Assembly (NCBI GenBank): GCA_051117555.1 | Contig: JBNPEG010000048.1 | Span: forward strand, 5,782 to 33,354 | Length of the DNA: 27,573 nucleotides | Origin: Elainellaceae cyanobacterium | Lineage (GTDB): Bacteria > Cyanobacteriota > Cyanobacteriia > CAZCXK01 | Direction: 5' to 3' | Shown: one piece after another, positions 17,870 to 27,573 of the stretch | Position numbering within the stretch: position 1 is the first letter of the stretch | Layout of the letters: each line of letters starts with the position of its first letter | Program-made: the position numbers and the translations under genes | Notes under the pieces: generated by a model | The model's database searches: none | Told to the model about the DNA's origin: nothing | The model's input: only the letters and a program-made list of their open reading frames with translations

Positions 17870-19732
17870 CTAATCGTTTGGCGAGTTGAAGCCTAGATAA
17901 CCACGCGGGGTGATCATCCACTCAGCGTGGTTTCTCGTGTGGCTATTACCAATCAAGACAGTAGTTAGCATGTCAATCGGGTGATTCAGATAGTCTGCCA
18001 AGGTGGTTAGCGTCACCTTTTCATCGTCTCGATACGCAGACCGAACCAATGCTACCGGAGTATCAGATTTACGGTGGCGAAGCAAAATACGTTGGGCGAT
18101 CGCAATCTGTTCAGTGCGATTCCGAGATTTGGGATTATAAAGTGCAATCACAAAATCTGCCTGGGCAGCGGCATGGAGTCGAGCTTCAATGACTGGCCAT
18201 GGCGTCAGCAGATCGCTCAGGCTAATTGCGCAGAAATCATGCATTAGTGGCGCACCGATGCGGGAGGCAGCAGCTTGCATCGCAGTAATCCCTGGAAATA
18301 CTTGAACAGTGGGAGTCTTGCCATTCCAACCCTGGGTTTGAAGGTGTTCGAGCACCAATCCTGCCATGCCATAGATGCCACAATCTCCGGATGAAATCAC
18401 TGCTACGGTTAACCCCCATGTCGCTAGCTCGATTGCCCGGTTCGACCGCTGAATTTCTTGCGTAATGGGAGAAGATTCAACAATCTGACCTGGACGCAGA
18501 ATGAATCGGATTAAATCTACATATAGAGAGTAGCCAATCACAACATCAGCCTGGGCGATCGCCTGTTGTGCTGCCGGAGTCATTTGGTCTAGGGAACCAG
18601 GGCCAATACCCACCAGGCATACCTGCCCAAGTCGACCCGTAAATTCGTGTTTGGCTTGAGCGATCGCCACCGTTGCTGCTCCGGGTTGCCCATCCAGTCG
18701 AACAATACATTTGGGGACAATCAGTGATTCGGGGGTCTGAGCTGCAAGAATGGCAGATGCTTCTGCAACGCTCGGAGTACCAACTTCTTGATTGACGATA
18801 GCCGAAGGGGTGGGCACTGGAATGGCCTGGAGATCATCCGCTGAAAAACACCGGAGTGCCCACTGGCGATCGCGACACAAATCAAGAATGGCTTGCTCAT
18901 CGGCTTTGAGATCGAGGGTGGCAATTCCAGCGATCGCATCGGCTGCTAACTGATGGCTTGCACATGCATCTCGGACAGCCGTTTCGATCACGGTTCGAGA
19001 CGTTCCTCGCTCGCAACCCACTCCAACCCATAAGACTCGTGGATACCATTGAGCTTGAGGAATAGAGGATGGCGAGGATGAGGTGGGAGGAATTCGCTGG
19101 CTGGGGCTAATCCACAGGCGGGCGCGGGGATAAGCGTCAGTAGCTTCGTCAAACCGAAACGGATGATCGGGAGGAAGATGCGTTTGCCAAAGGGCGGAGC
19201 CAGCCTCTTGAATGACGTGTACGGGCTCTTGACGGGCGATCGCAGCACTCACGCCTGTCCAGTCGCCCGGTCCTTTAATCCATCCAAAGGGTTTCCCGAT
19301 ACTATCGATCCCCGACACGTTGTGGGCATGAGCTGCCCCCGTTATTACAGGGGTTGCATCGAGCTGGAGCGCAATTAGCTGAGACAGATGATCGGCACCA
19401 CCTTGATGACCACTGCAAAGGCTAATGACGAATTTGCCAGCCTCATCAACCACAACGACAGCGGGGTCAACTGATTTATGCTGAAGTAGCGGAGCAATCA
19501 GCCGGGTGACAGCGCCAGCCGCTAGCCCAAAAATCAAGCTACGATGCGTCTTCCACAGCATAGTGACGTGATCTCGAAGAGAACCGCTATAGGGAGTTGT
19601 GCCTTCAAGCTCGACTGAACTGGGCACCCATAGACATACATCATGGGGAGAACAAAATCGCAGGAGCGTGTGGGCTGCGGTTGGAGTGGTGGCGATCGCA
19701 GCAATGGGTTGAAACTCTTGAAACTGATTCAT
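17870..19732 (-). CDS. cobJ: CbiG - precorrin-3B C17-methyltransferase (CobJ/CbiH) fusion
   Basis: DPAVVVVDE, SGHQGGA, GVGCERG, TPSVAEASA (CbiG); LVGIGPG, SSGDCGIYGMAG, ISLSDLLTPW, TPRGY (CobJ). Start 19732 or 19819. Confidence 0.95.
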   Translation of the reverse strand: MNQFQEFQPIAAIATTPTAAHTLLRFCSPHDVCLWVPSSVELEGTTPYSGSLRDHVTMLWKTHRSLIFGLAAGAVTRLIAPLLQHKSVDPAVVVVDEAGKFVISLCSGHQGGADHLSQLIALQLDATPVITGAAHAHNVSGIDSIGKPFGWIKGPGDWTGVSAAIARQEPVHVIQEAGSALWQTHLPPDHPFRFDEATDAYPRARLWISPSQRIPPTSSSPSSIPQAQWYPRVLWVGVGCERGTSRTVIETAVRDACASHQLAADAIAGIATLDLKADEQAILDLCRDRQWALRCFSADDLQAIPVPTPSAIVNQEVGTPSVAEASAILAAQTPESLIVPKCIVRLDGQPGAATVAIAQAKHEFTGRLGQVCLVGIGPGSLDQMTPAAQQAIAQADVVIGYSLYVDLIRFILRPGQIVESSPITQEIQRSNRAIELATWGLTVAVISSGDCGIYGMAGLVLEHLQTQGWNGKTPTVQVFPGITAMQAAASRIGAPLMHDFCAISLSDLLTPWPVIEARLHAAAQADFVIALYNPKSRNRTEQIAIAQRILLRHRKSDTPVALVRSAYRDDEKVTLTTLADYLNHPIDMLTTVLIGNSHTRNHAEWMITPRGYLGFNSPND

Positions 19733-19831
19733 GCAATCACGATGGCAGAACAAAATCTGAATCGGGGAGGGAGACAGGACGCTCCCCTCCACGATTTGAA
19801 CAGAACCTGACTTGATCAAGCAGCCGCGAAA

Positions 19832-21937
19832 CTAAGCAATCTGATAGGGCTTCGTAAGTTTGCCTAACTGTTGCACCATGAGGCTAAGAAATAGCCCCAC
19901 ATCAGTTACGACACCCACCGACTCAACCGAACCGCGATCGCTCAATTTAGTAACCACAGCCGGATTAATATCAACGCAGACCATCTTCACGCCCGCTGGG
20001 GTCATGTTACCCACACCAATCGAATGCAGCATCGTTGAGAGCATCAGAATCATATCGGCTCCTTCGATGAGTCTGGCATAATCTTGCTGGGCCTCGATTA
20101 GATTCATCTGGGTATCTGGAAGCGGGCCATCATCTCGAATCGACCCCGCCAACGAAAAGGGCACCTGATGGTGGACACATTCATAGAAAATGCCGCTCTT
20201 GAGAATCCCCTGCTCGACGGCATTGGCAATACTGCCAGAGCGCCGAATGGCATTGATGGCTTTGAGATGATGACGATGCCCGCCGCGAACCGAGACTCCC
20301 CGTTTCATATCCATACCCAGAGAGGTTCCCATCAGAGCTTGTTCGATGTCATGAACGGCGATCGCATTTCCGCCTAGCAGCACTTGCACATATCCTTCTC
20401 GAATCAGCCAAGCCAAGTGATCTACCCCGCCAGTATGAACGACCACCGGACCCGCCGTCACTACGACTTTACCCCCCTGATCGCGAATACGACGCAATTC
20501 CCAAGCAATTTGCTCAACGACCAGTTCGACACGACGCTCACTCGACACGCCCGATCCCATAAAGCTAAATTCTTGTGTGTTGCGCTGCTCCCGCGATTCA
20601 GGTTTGCGAACCGTGCGAATGCCTTCCACGCCGACAACAACCTTCTCGCCGATTTCCAAATCTCGTAGAAGTTTGCATCGAGCGACAGGGCCATCTGGCG
20701 TGTCTACCACAGCGATCGCCCCATCCATTCGCTGGGCTCTCACTCGCACCCACTCAGCATCGATGCGAATTTCAGTAGGATAAATGGTCGTGACATAAAA
20801 GTCGTCCGGTGCAACTCCATCTTGAGGAACATCCTCTAACCGAACATTGCAAACCTCTTGAGGTGGAGACATCGCTCCCATGTCGATGAGTTGACTCATG
20901 AGTTCTTCCATAACCTCATGGCTTGGAGCCAACACTTTAACATCTGCTGACGAGGTATGTTGCCGTTGTTCACCTAGCTGGAAGTTTAAGACTTGAAAAC
21001 TTCCGCCCCCCTCTACGATGAGATCGAGAGCGCGGTTAATAAGCCCTGAATCGAGCAGATGCCCTTCAAATTTTAGGACTCGACTTTCAACAGCAGCCCC
21101 AGACGGCAGCTCTGCCCGAATCGGCTCGGTCACTCGTAGGGTTAGACATTTTGCGGCTCCGCCCGCTTTGAGAAACTCTGTGAGAGGCGTTTCGATGACA
21201 TCAAAGTTTGCATCAGCAAGGCGACCCTTGAGCATATCGCTCGCCTGATTCAAAAAAATGGTGCGATCGACATTAACTGCATTACAGGCAAAGTTAACAG
21301 CATCGACTTCAGTAATTGCAATTCGCTTGTCGGCAGGCACCCGCATTTCAATTAAGCGATTGGAATAGGCATCAAATGCAGGGGGGTAGTAGAGTAAGTA
21401 TCCGCCTGTCAGCGGGCAGAAACACGTATCTAAATGATAGAAACGCTCGTCCATGAGCCGTAGAGACAAGATTTCAATGTCTAGCCATTTAGCGAGATAC
21501 GGATGGGCATCGAGTTCGGTTCTAAATCCATAACCTGCCCATAACCAACGACCTTCCCGGTCTAGTAATGCATCACCCGCACCTTCAAATGGCAGCCCTT
21601 TGGGCAATTCGTGGACGGTATAGCCTTGTTCTTCAAACCAAGCCTTGAAGTGGGGCTCTTCCCCCTGCCGCTCCGGATGAAAGAACCGACTTAATACAAC
21701 CGTTTTGCCCAAGACCAAACCGGCATTTGCCGTAAACACCATGTCGGGCGACCCTTTTTGAGGCTTAACCAAGTCAACAGTTATATGTTCGGTTAGAACT
21801 TGGTAGAGCTTGTTCCACTGCTCTTCTGCGCGATCGCGCGAGGAGCGATGGATGTTTCCTTCCATCCAAGGATTAATGACATAATCCACATCATAATGAT
21901 GGGGCGGACACATAAGGAAACGAATCGAATTATCCAT
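19832..21937 (-). CDS. argZ: Bifunctional arginine dihydrolase / ornithine cyclodeaminase ArgZ (AgrE)
   Basis: N-terminal amidinotransferase fold (YVINPWM, PDMVFTAN, FEGAGD, FYHLDTC, GGAAKCL) fused to a C-terminal domain (GHLLD, VSSERR, AGSIRDDGPLP); start set at ATG 21937. Confidence 0.93.
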   Translation of the reverse strand: MDNSIRFLMCPPHHYDVDYVINPWMEGNIHRSSRDRAEEQWNKLYQVLTEHITVDLVKPQKGSPDMVFTANAGLVLGKTVVLSRFFHPERQGEEPHFKAWFEEQGYTVHELPKGLPFEGAGDALLDREGRWLWAGYGFRTELDAHPYLAKWLDIEILSLRLMDERFYHLDTCFCPLTGGYLLYYPPAFDAYSNRLIEMRVPADKRIAITEVDAVNFACNAVNVDRTIFLNQASDMLKGRLADANFDVIETPLTEFLKAGGAAKCLTLRVTEPIRAELPSGAAVESRVLKFEGHLLDSGLINRALDLIVEGGGSFQVLNFQLGEQRQHTSSADVKVLAPSHEVMEELMSQLIDMGAMSPPQEVCNVRLEDVPQDGVAPDDFYVTTIYPTEIRIDAEWVRVRAQRMDGAIAVVDTPDGPVARCKLLRDLEIGEKVVVGVEGIRTVRKPESREQRNTQEFSFMGSGVSSERRVELVVEQIAWELRRIRDQGGKVVVTAGPVVVHTGGVDHLAWLIREGYVQVLLGGNAIAVHDIEQALMGTSLGMDMKRGVSVRGGHRHHLKAINAIRRSGSIANAVEQGILKSGIFYECVHHQVPFSLAGSIRDDGPLPDTQMNLIEAQQDYARLIEGADMILMLSTMLHSIGVGNMTPAGVKMVCVDINPAVVTKLSDRGSVESVGVVTDVGLFLSLMVQQLGKLTKPYQIA

Positions 21938-22439
21938 GATTAAACCTGTTGAGATTGAGTGAAGTAGATGCAGCACTCAATATATTGACTGCAAAATTCT
22001 GAGTTGACTGCAATTTGATGGCCAGAAAGGGCAAGATCCTATTCTATTACGCAGGCTCATTTCTCAGGCATTCAGATTCATTAATTCCGATCGCATACGT
22101 CATGAATAATTAACAGGTTGAGGTTAAGGATTCAAACGTAAATTGATAAAGGCGGAAGCTAAACCAGTACGATTGAGAAAAAGCAGAAATAATCGATATA
22201 CTGGTCAAATTCGCATCTTCAAGGGGATAGACATTGATAGTTTTCTCGGGAATGACTCTAGAATGCTCGGGTGATTAATATAGCAATCCAGATGAGTTGA
22301 GTTTCGCAGGCAACATCTTAAGCAAACGGGTTTTGCAGGCAAACACTGAACGTTATGTGGAAACATGAGCATTTTATCTAGCATGGGTGTATAGGGTGCT
22401 GTCGAGATTGAGCTGAAGATCAGTACTCTGGACAGGCAT

Positions 22440-24149
22440 ATGGAATCGCGTTGGAAGCAGATTTATCCTTCTATTAAGGCAGCAGTTGCAAATGCTGAAT
22501 CAGTGAATATCCTGTTTCAGGATGTGTTAAGTGCGATCGCAGGAGTCTATCGAGCAGACGGTATTCTTTGGGCTGGCTTAGACCCTCATGACTTGGGGGC
22601 TCTTCGAGTATTTGTAACGGCTGGAGCATGGCAAGTATTTGATGAAACAGATCTAACGTCCGATCAGTTTGATCTTGACCAAGTCTCTAATCAGTCGCCC
22701 GCCCATTCTAGGGATGAGCCGCTTTTCCCTGCTGCTGCTTCTGCCGTCAAAACCTTTCGTCCTCATACGGTGCCATCTTGGCTGGCTCATCATCATATAA
22801 TGCCATCGCTAGTGCAGCGAGAGACGGGAGAGTTGATTATCTCAGCAGCGACTCAGGGAAAAATTTCTGCTGAGTCAATATCGGGTGAGCAATCTGAGCC
22901 GGCATATCCGAGCTTTTTACTTCAACTGAAGCGATCGCCCCACCCCGCTAACTCCTCACCCGATCAACCTCAAGCTAATCCAAATAAGCAATCCGATCCT
23001 GCATGGAGCGCTGACGAGATTGATGCATTACAGATCATTTGTGGTCAACTAGAGCTGGCATGCAATGCCCTTCTTTGGAAACAGCAGCTTCGGCAAGTCC
23101 GTCAGCAAACTGCTCTGGTAGGGAGAATCGTCCATCTTATCAACTCCAGTCTGAATCCGGATAAGATCGTGGGGCAAATCTTAGCGGAACTGGGACAAAG
23201 CTTATCCTGCGATCGCTGCATGGTTGTTGACTTGCGAAACAGGTCTGCCAGTCTTTTGGCATCATGGGATCATCCCAATGCTCATTTAGCCCCGATTGAC
23301 CCCCAATATATTGTTCCAGCGATTTGGCAAGACGTAATGGAGATGTTCCTTCAAGGTGGAACCTCTTATTTAGATTTAAAGCAGTTTGATGAGAACTTAA
23401 GCTTGAGTCCTTGGTTTTCCCAAATGGGAGCCGTTTCCGCGTTGGTGGTTCCACTCTTTGTGTTGGAAGAATTTTTTGGAGCGATCGCTCTGCTGTTCAG
23501 TCAATCCGAGCAAACTCGCGGAGTGCTTGAGCTGCAAATTGTGCGTCAGGTGTCTGATCAGCTGGCGATCGCCCTTATGAATGCCCAACATTATCAAAAT
23601 CCTTGGTACAAGCAAGAGGCGCTCCGACTTCAGAGCAATTCACTCCAGCTTGAAATTATTCGCGATGAGCTAACCCATCTGCTCAACCGCCGTTCACTAG
23701 ACCATGAACTTGATCAGCTCAGTATTCAAGCCGTTTGGGCAATTCAGCCTCCGTTCAGCATTCTGTTTTGTGATATTGACTACTTCAAACTGATTAATGA
23801 TATCCATGGTCATCTGATTGGCGATGACGTTTTAAAGCACCTCGCTCAAGACCTTCAGCAGCATTTGAGGCGGGATACGACTCTCTATCGATATGGCGGA
23901 GAAGAATTTGTCGCGGTGCTTGCAGAAACATCTCTTCCAGCAGCAATAGAAGTTGCGGAAAGACTCCGACGGGCGATTCGTGCCAACCCCATTCAGACGG
24001 CAGTAGGTGCATTAGATGTCACCGTTAGCTTTGGGGTTGCTCAACAAAATCTCGATAGCGATCACCATGCCAGAGAGGTGTTACGTCGAGCTGAGCAAGC
24101 TCTACTTAAAGCCAAATATCACGGACGCGATCGCGTTGAAGCTCTCTAA
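22440..24149 (+). CDS. GAF-domain diguanylate cyclase
   Basis: GAF-like region (LSCDRC...LVVPL...GAI...QLAIAL), RDELTHLLNRR, DIDYFKLINDIHGHLIGD, RYGGEEF. Confidence 0.93.
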   Translation: MESRWKQIYPSIKAAVANAESVNILFQDVLSAIAGVYRADGILWAGLDPHDLGALRVFVTAGAWQVFDETDLTSDQFDLDQVSNQSPAHSRDEPLFPAAASAVKTFRPHTVPSWLAHHHIMPSLVQRETGELIISAATQGKISAESISGEQSEPAYPSFLLQLKRSPHPANSSPDQPQANPNKQSDPAWSADEIDALQIICGQLELACNALLWKQQLRQVRQQTALVGRIVHLINSSLNPDKIVGQILAELGQSLSCDRCMVVDLRNRSASLLASWDHPNAHLAPIDPQYIVPAIWQDVMEMFLQGGTSYLDLKQFDENLSLSPWFSQMGAVSALVVPLFVLEEFFGAIALLFSQSEQTRGVLELQIVRQVSDQLAIALMNAQHYQNPWYKQEALRLQSNSLQLEIIRDELTHLLNRRSLDHELDQLSIQAVWAIQPPFSILFCDIDYFKLINDIHGHLIGDDVLKHLAQDLQQHLRRDTTLYRYGGEEFVAVLAETSLPAAIEVAERLRRAIRANPIQTAVGALDVTVSFGVAQQNLDSDHHAREVLRRAEQALLKAKYHGRDRVEAL

Positions 24150-24328
24150 TTCCTTACCATTTCTTCACCCTCTGCTATCAAATCCAAGCCGATTTAGTCT
24201 GGTGCATCGCCAATTCACCGGCTAGACTTGAGGCACCCTTATGTATCTATCTTAATTTGTCTGGCTCAACCCGCCAGGCTGACTAGTGTTGACATTAGTA
24301 AAGAATATCTTTATAACGCAGAGGTGAT

Positions 24329-25801
24329 ATGGCGGTTCATCCTTCTCCTGCATCCTTTATTGCAAAGCCCATCACATTTGGTACAGACGGCTGGCGAGGT
24401 CTGATTGCGGCAGATTTTACCTTTGAACGAGTTGCAAAGGTGGCGCCGTTAGCTGCGATCGCTCTAGAAAAAGCATACGGCGCTAACACTGAAAATCGCA
24501 CGCTGATTGTCGGCTATGATCGCCGTTTTCTGTCTGAAGAATTTGCTCGGGTTGCCGCAGAGGCCATTCAAAAGGCAGGATTTAATGTCAAATTGTCTGA
24601 AACCTATGCGCCGACTCCAGCCTTTAGCTGGGCGGCCTATGATCAAAAGGCGCTCGGCGCAATTGTAATTACGGCAAGCCATAATCCCGGTGGATATTCC
24701 GGGCTCAAGGTGAAAGCTGGATTTGGCGGATCGGTGCCGCCGGAGGTCACCCAAAAAATCGAGGCGCTGCTGCAAGGTGATCAAGGCATCGAAATTGCTG
24801 GAAAAGACGGTGCGACCATTGAACTATTTGACCCGTGGGCAAGCTATTGTGCAGAGCTTCAGCAGAAGGTTGATATCGCCGCGATTCAAACGGCGATCGC
24901 CACGGGCACGCTAACGGTGTTTGCCGATGTCATGCATGGAGCCGCCGCAGGAGGGCTAGCTCAACTGCTGGGGGATGGCATTCACGAGCTCAACAGTGCC
25001 CGCGATCCTCTGTTCGGGGGAGGAGCCCCTGAGCCATTGCCTCGATATTTGTCTGGATTATTCCGACAGATTAAAGCGCATCGCCAAGCTCACCCCGACT
25101 CGCTAACCGTGGGGCTGGTGTTTGATGGAGACAGCGATCGCGTTGCAGCCGCCGATGGGCAGGGCAATTTCCTCAGTTCTCAAATTTTGATCCCCGTCCT
25201 GATTCAACATCTAGCGACCCGACGTGGATACACCGGCGAAGTCGTAAAAACCATTAGTGGGTCTAATCTTTTCCCGCGAATTGCCCACCTGTATGGTCTT
25301 ACAGTTCATGAAACGCCCATCGGGTATAAATATATTGCCGACCGCATGTTAGCTGCCGATGTGCTCCTTGGTGGAGAAGAATCTGGCGGTATCGGCTACG
25401 GGCATCATATTCCCGAGCGAGACGCGCTGCTCTCGGCTCTGTATCTGCTCGAAGCGATCGTTCAATCTGGAATGGACTTGAGCGATCTCCATCGTCAGCT
25501 CCAAGAAAAGGTGGGCTACACGTCATTCTACGACCGGATCGATTTGCCCCTTGCCAATATGGACGTGCGATCGCGCTTGTTAGAGCAGTTAGAAAGCCAT
25601 ACTCCCCAAGCCGTCGCGGGGCAAGCCGTTCAGGACGTGCTAACCATTGATGGCTACAAGTTTCAACTGGCAGATGAAAGCTGGTTGCTCATTCGTTTTA
25701 GCGGCACCGAACCAGTTCTGCGCCTCTATTCTGAAGCACAGTCCTCTAAGAGAGTCCAGGAAAATCTAAATTGGGCAAAAGAGTGGGCAAGCTCAGTATG
25801 A
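24329..25801 (+). CDS. Phosphoglucomutase/phosphomannomutase family protein
   Basis: FGTDGWRG, ITASHNP, FDGDSDR, GGEESGG, RFSGTEP. Confidence 0.96.
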   Translation: MAVHPSPASFIAKPITFGTDGWRGLIAADFTFERVAKVAPLAAIALEKAYGANTENRTLIVGYDRRFLSEEFARVAAEAIQKAGFNVKLSETYAPTPAFSWAAYDQKALGAIVITASHNPGGYSGLKVKAGFGGSVPPEVTQKIEALLQGDQGIEIAGKDGATIELFDPWASYCAELQQKVDIAAIQTAIATGTLTVFADVMHGAAAGGLAQLLGDGIHELNSARDPLFGGGAPEPLPRYLSGLFRQIKAHRQAHPDSLTVGLVFDGDSDRVAAADGQGNFLSSQILIPVLIQHLATRRGYTGEVVKTISGSNLFPRIAHLYGLTVHETPIGYKYIADRMLAADVLLGGEESGGIGYGHHIPERDALLSALYLLEAIVQSGMDLSDLHRQLQEKVGYTSFYDRIDLPLANMDVRSRLLEQLESHTPQAVAGQAVQDVLTIDGYKFQLADESWLLIRFSGTEPVLRLYSEAQSSKRVQENLNWAKEWASSV

Positions 25802-25838
25802 TTGAGTCAGTTGTGCCTTGAATAAATGATTGCGTTGT

Positions 25839-26417
25839 ATGAAACTCGTTGTTGCCACGGGCAATCCAGGCAAGCTTGACGAAATGCAAGCCTATCTAAG
25901 CGATCTTCCATGTCAGCTCGTATTGAAGCCTGCCGAGTTAGAGGTTGAGGAAACCGGACAGACGTTTATGGAAAACGCCTGCCTGAAAGCATCTCAGGTT
26001 GCTAAGGCAGTAGGTGAATGGGCGATCGCCGATGATTCAGGGTTGGCGGTCGATGCGTTAGGCGGAGCACCCGGGCTTTATTCAGCGCGCTATGGCAGCA
26101 CAAACAATGAGCGAATTCATCGCTTGTTATCAGAGCTAAATGGCGAATCTAACCGGACGGCTCAGTTTATTTGTGCGATCGCCATTGCCCGTCCTGATGG
26201 CTCGATTGCGCTCCAAAGCCAAGGAATTTGCCGAGGCGAGATTTTAGATGAACCGCGCGGCACCAGTGGCTTTGGCTACGATCCGGTGTTTTACGTTCCT
26301 GAGCATCAGTTAACATTTGCCGAAATGCCATCCGCAACGAAGCACCACGTCAGCCATCGGGGACAAGCCTTTCAGCAACTGCTTCCGGCCTTTAGTGACG
26401 TCCTAAGGAAAAATTAA
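25839..26417 (+). CDS. rdgB: Non-canonical purine NTP pyrophosphatase (RdgB/HAM1)
   Basis: ATGNPGK, ENACLKA, DDSGL, PGLYSAR, FGYDP, SHRG; start set at ATG 25839. Confidence 0.96.
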   Translation: MKLVVATGNPGKLDEMQAYLSDLPCQLVLKPAELEVEETGQTFMENACLKASQVAKAVGEWAIADDSGLAVDALGGAPGLYSARYGSTNNERIHRLLSELNGESNRTAQFICAIAIARPDGSIALQSQGICRGEILDEPRGTSGFGYDPVFYVPEHQLTFAEMPSATKHHVSHRGQAFQQLLPAFSDVLRKN

Positions 26418-27046
26418 TCGAAATCGGTAGGTAAATCAGGATTGCGATAATGCTCAAAAAATCTTTGGATTTGAGACGCCAATACTCTTGACGTAGATAA
26501 GACTGGCAGTTCATCTTCACCAAAAAAGCCGACGTCACTTGTCTCAATACTTGTCCTGGGTTCTCCTCCTGTCAATTCACACCGAATAAATAGTTTGTAG
26601 ACATGAAATGGCAACAATGGCGTATGAGCGTGTTTGCTGCGGTCAAAGACGCACAGGAGTTTGGTCGGCTGTGTTTCATAGCCTGACTCTTCTCGAATCT
26701 CACGAGTGACAGACTCTCGCGGAGTCTCATTCACGTCAGCCCATCCTCCCGGCAACGTCCAACCGCCATCCGAGACTTCTTTCACCATCAAAATCTTGTC
26801 ATCTCGAAATACGACCCCTCGGACGTCGACTTTGGGGGTGGCATAGCCCTTCTCTTGTTGAAGAATCTCTAATACAACGGGGTGTTCAAGGTCGCCTTGA
26901 ATGGACAAGATTTCGGTGGCAATTTCTCGAAGGCGCGTATATCGCTGCACATCAAATGAATTTAATGAATTCTCGGTCGAAAACGTCAGCCCAATTTGGG
27001 CGATCGCCTGAAGTTCTTTTGCCCATTTCAACCATTGAGGGTCCAT
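26414..27046 (-). CDS. Nudix hydrolase with N-terminal Nudix_N-type helical domain
   Basis: WAKELQAIAQIGL, GYATPKVDVRG, Nudix box GWADVNETPRESVTREIREESG; start set at ATG 27046. Confidence 0.93.
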   Translation of the reverse strand: MDPQWLKWAKELQAIAQIGLTFSTENSLNSFDVQRYTRLREIATEILSIQGDLEHPVVLEILQQEKGYATPKVDVRGVVFRDDKILMVKEVSDGGWTLPGGWADVNETPRESVTREIREESGYETQPTKLLCVFDRSKHAHTPLLPFHVYKLFIRCELTGGEPRTSIETSDVGFFGEDELPVLSTSRVLASQIQRFFEHYRNPDLPTDFD

Positions 27047-27256
27047 ATAGCGACTTAATTTCAAGTTTTGGAGCTAGACGGCATAACGTTAACTTAAGGT
27101 TGCAGCTTAAGTGTGCATGATAAGTGTGCATGAATGGATCATCCAAAATCCACCTCTGGACGGGCAACCAGTACACCCTGCGGGAGAGGGGTATAAGAGT
27201 TAGCGATGTTTCAATGTAGTGAGTGGAGGTAAATATTAGGTTAAGGAATTAATTTC

Positions 27257-27573
27257 ATGAGAGTATTCAATCCTCGTTCATTAGTCAAAACATTAATTGG
27301 AGTAACTAGCGTTGCAAGTGCTGGCGTTCTACTCAGCGTTCCTGCAGAGGCGCAGTCAGAAATCACCGTGTCGCCCGAAGGTCTGGAAATTTTGTGTGAA
27401 CGATTTCCCTTAAATTCTCGTTGTATGGGTGATGTATCTCCTGAGACGGGCATTCCGCCTCGGGTTGAACCAAGTACGCTGGACGAGTCGCCCAGCGAAC
27501 CAGATTATGAGGCTGAAGAATCTGGTGCTGAGATGCCTGACGGGACTGCTAGCGAGATGACGGGTGAAGAAAG
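27257..27573 (+). CDS. Partial secreted protein (signal peptide, CERFPLNSRC motif, acidic linker), runs off the right edge
   Basis: AAGGA upstream; ATG 27257 opens MRVFNPRSLVKTLIGVTSVASAGVLLSVPAEAQ...LCERFPLNSRC...; no stop before the edge; absent from the ORF track because incomplete. Confidence 0.8.
   Translation, partial: MRVFNPRSLVKTLIGVTSVASAGVLLSVPAEAQSEITVSPEGLEILCERFPLNSRCMGDVSPETGIPPRVEPSTLDESPSEPDYEAEESGAEMPDGTASEMTGEE

Noticed and set aside
17870..21937. CbiG-CobJ and ArgZ fusions as novel architectures
   Set aside because: Both fusions are established in cyanobacteria
22279..22299. TATAGCAATCC resembling the end of the kaiB-kaiC element
   Set aside because: No partner inverted end found nearby; at most a relic
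2786..25526. Numerous 60-130 aa ORFs nested in or antisense to well-supported genes
   Set aside because: Shadow frames without recognisable motifs
27081..27087. GTTATGC (minus strand) as an integron core site before the Nudix gene
   Set aside because: No attC-like structure at the other end (the stop overlaps the rdgB stop) and no integrase

Overview
Cyanobacterial chromosome window (HIP1 octamer GCGATCGC throughout, about 48% GC by eye). From 1959 onward it is mostly conserved housekeeping: a large hybrid histidine kinase divergent from kaiA-kaiB-kaiC, a TPR protein, a conserved hypothetical, aroA, a DEDDh exonuclease, rimO-crhR, btpA, a VKOR-thioredoxin fusion, a cbiG-cobJ fusion, argZ/agrE, a GAF-GGDEF protein, pgm, rdgB, a Nudix hydrolase and a partial secreted protein. 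The first 1.9 kb is the unexplained part. A small protein with two predicted helix-turn-helix domains (379/421-999) is surrounded and penetrated by about 18 copies of a quasi-palindromic 11-mer (GTCCTNAGGAC-like) in 12-bp-period arrays. This resembles a single-protein centromere/operator system. It is followed by a structured non-coding segment and three head-to-tail 121-bp TA-bounded miniature inverted-repeat elements carrying a GTAG-type REP hairpin. Also notable: a hairpin-bearing miniature element between kaiB and kaiC, substitutions next to the KaiC phosphosites, an Asp-less receiver in the kaiA-linked kinase, and a clamp-binding-like motif on the exonuclease. All family assignments come from motif recognition by eye; no searches were run.
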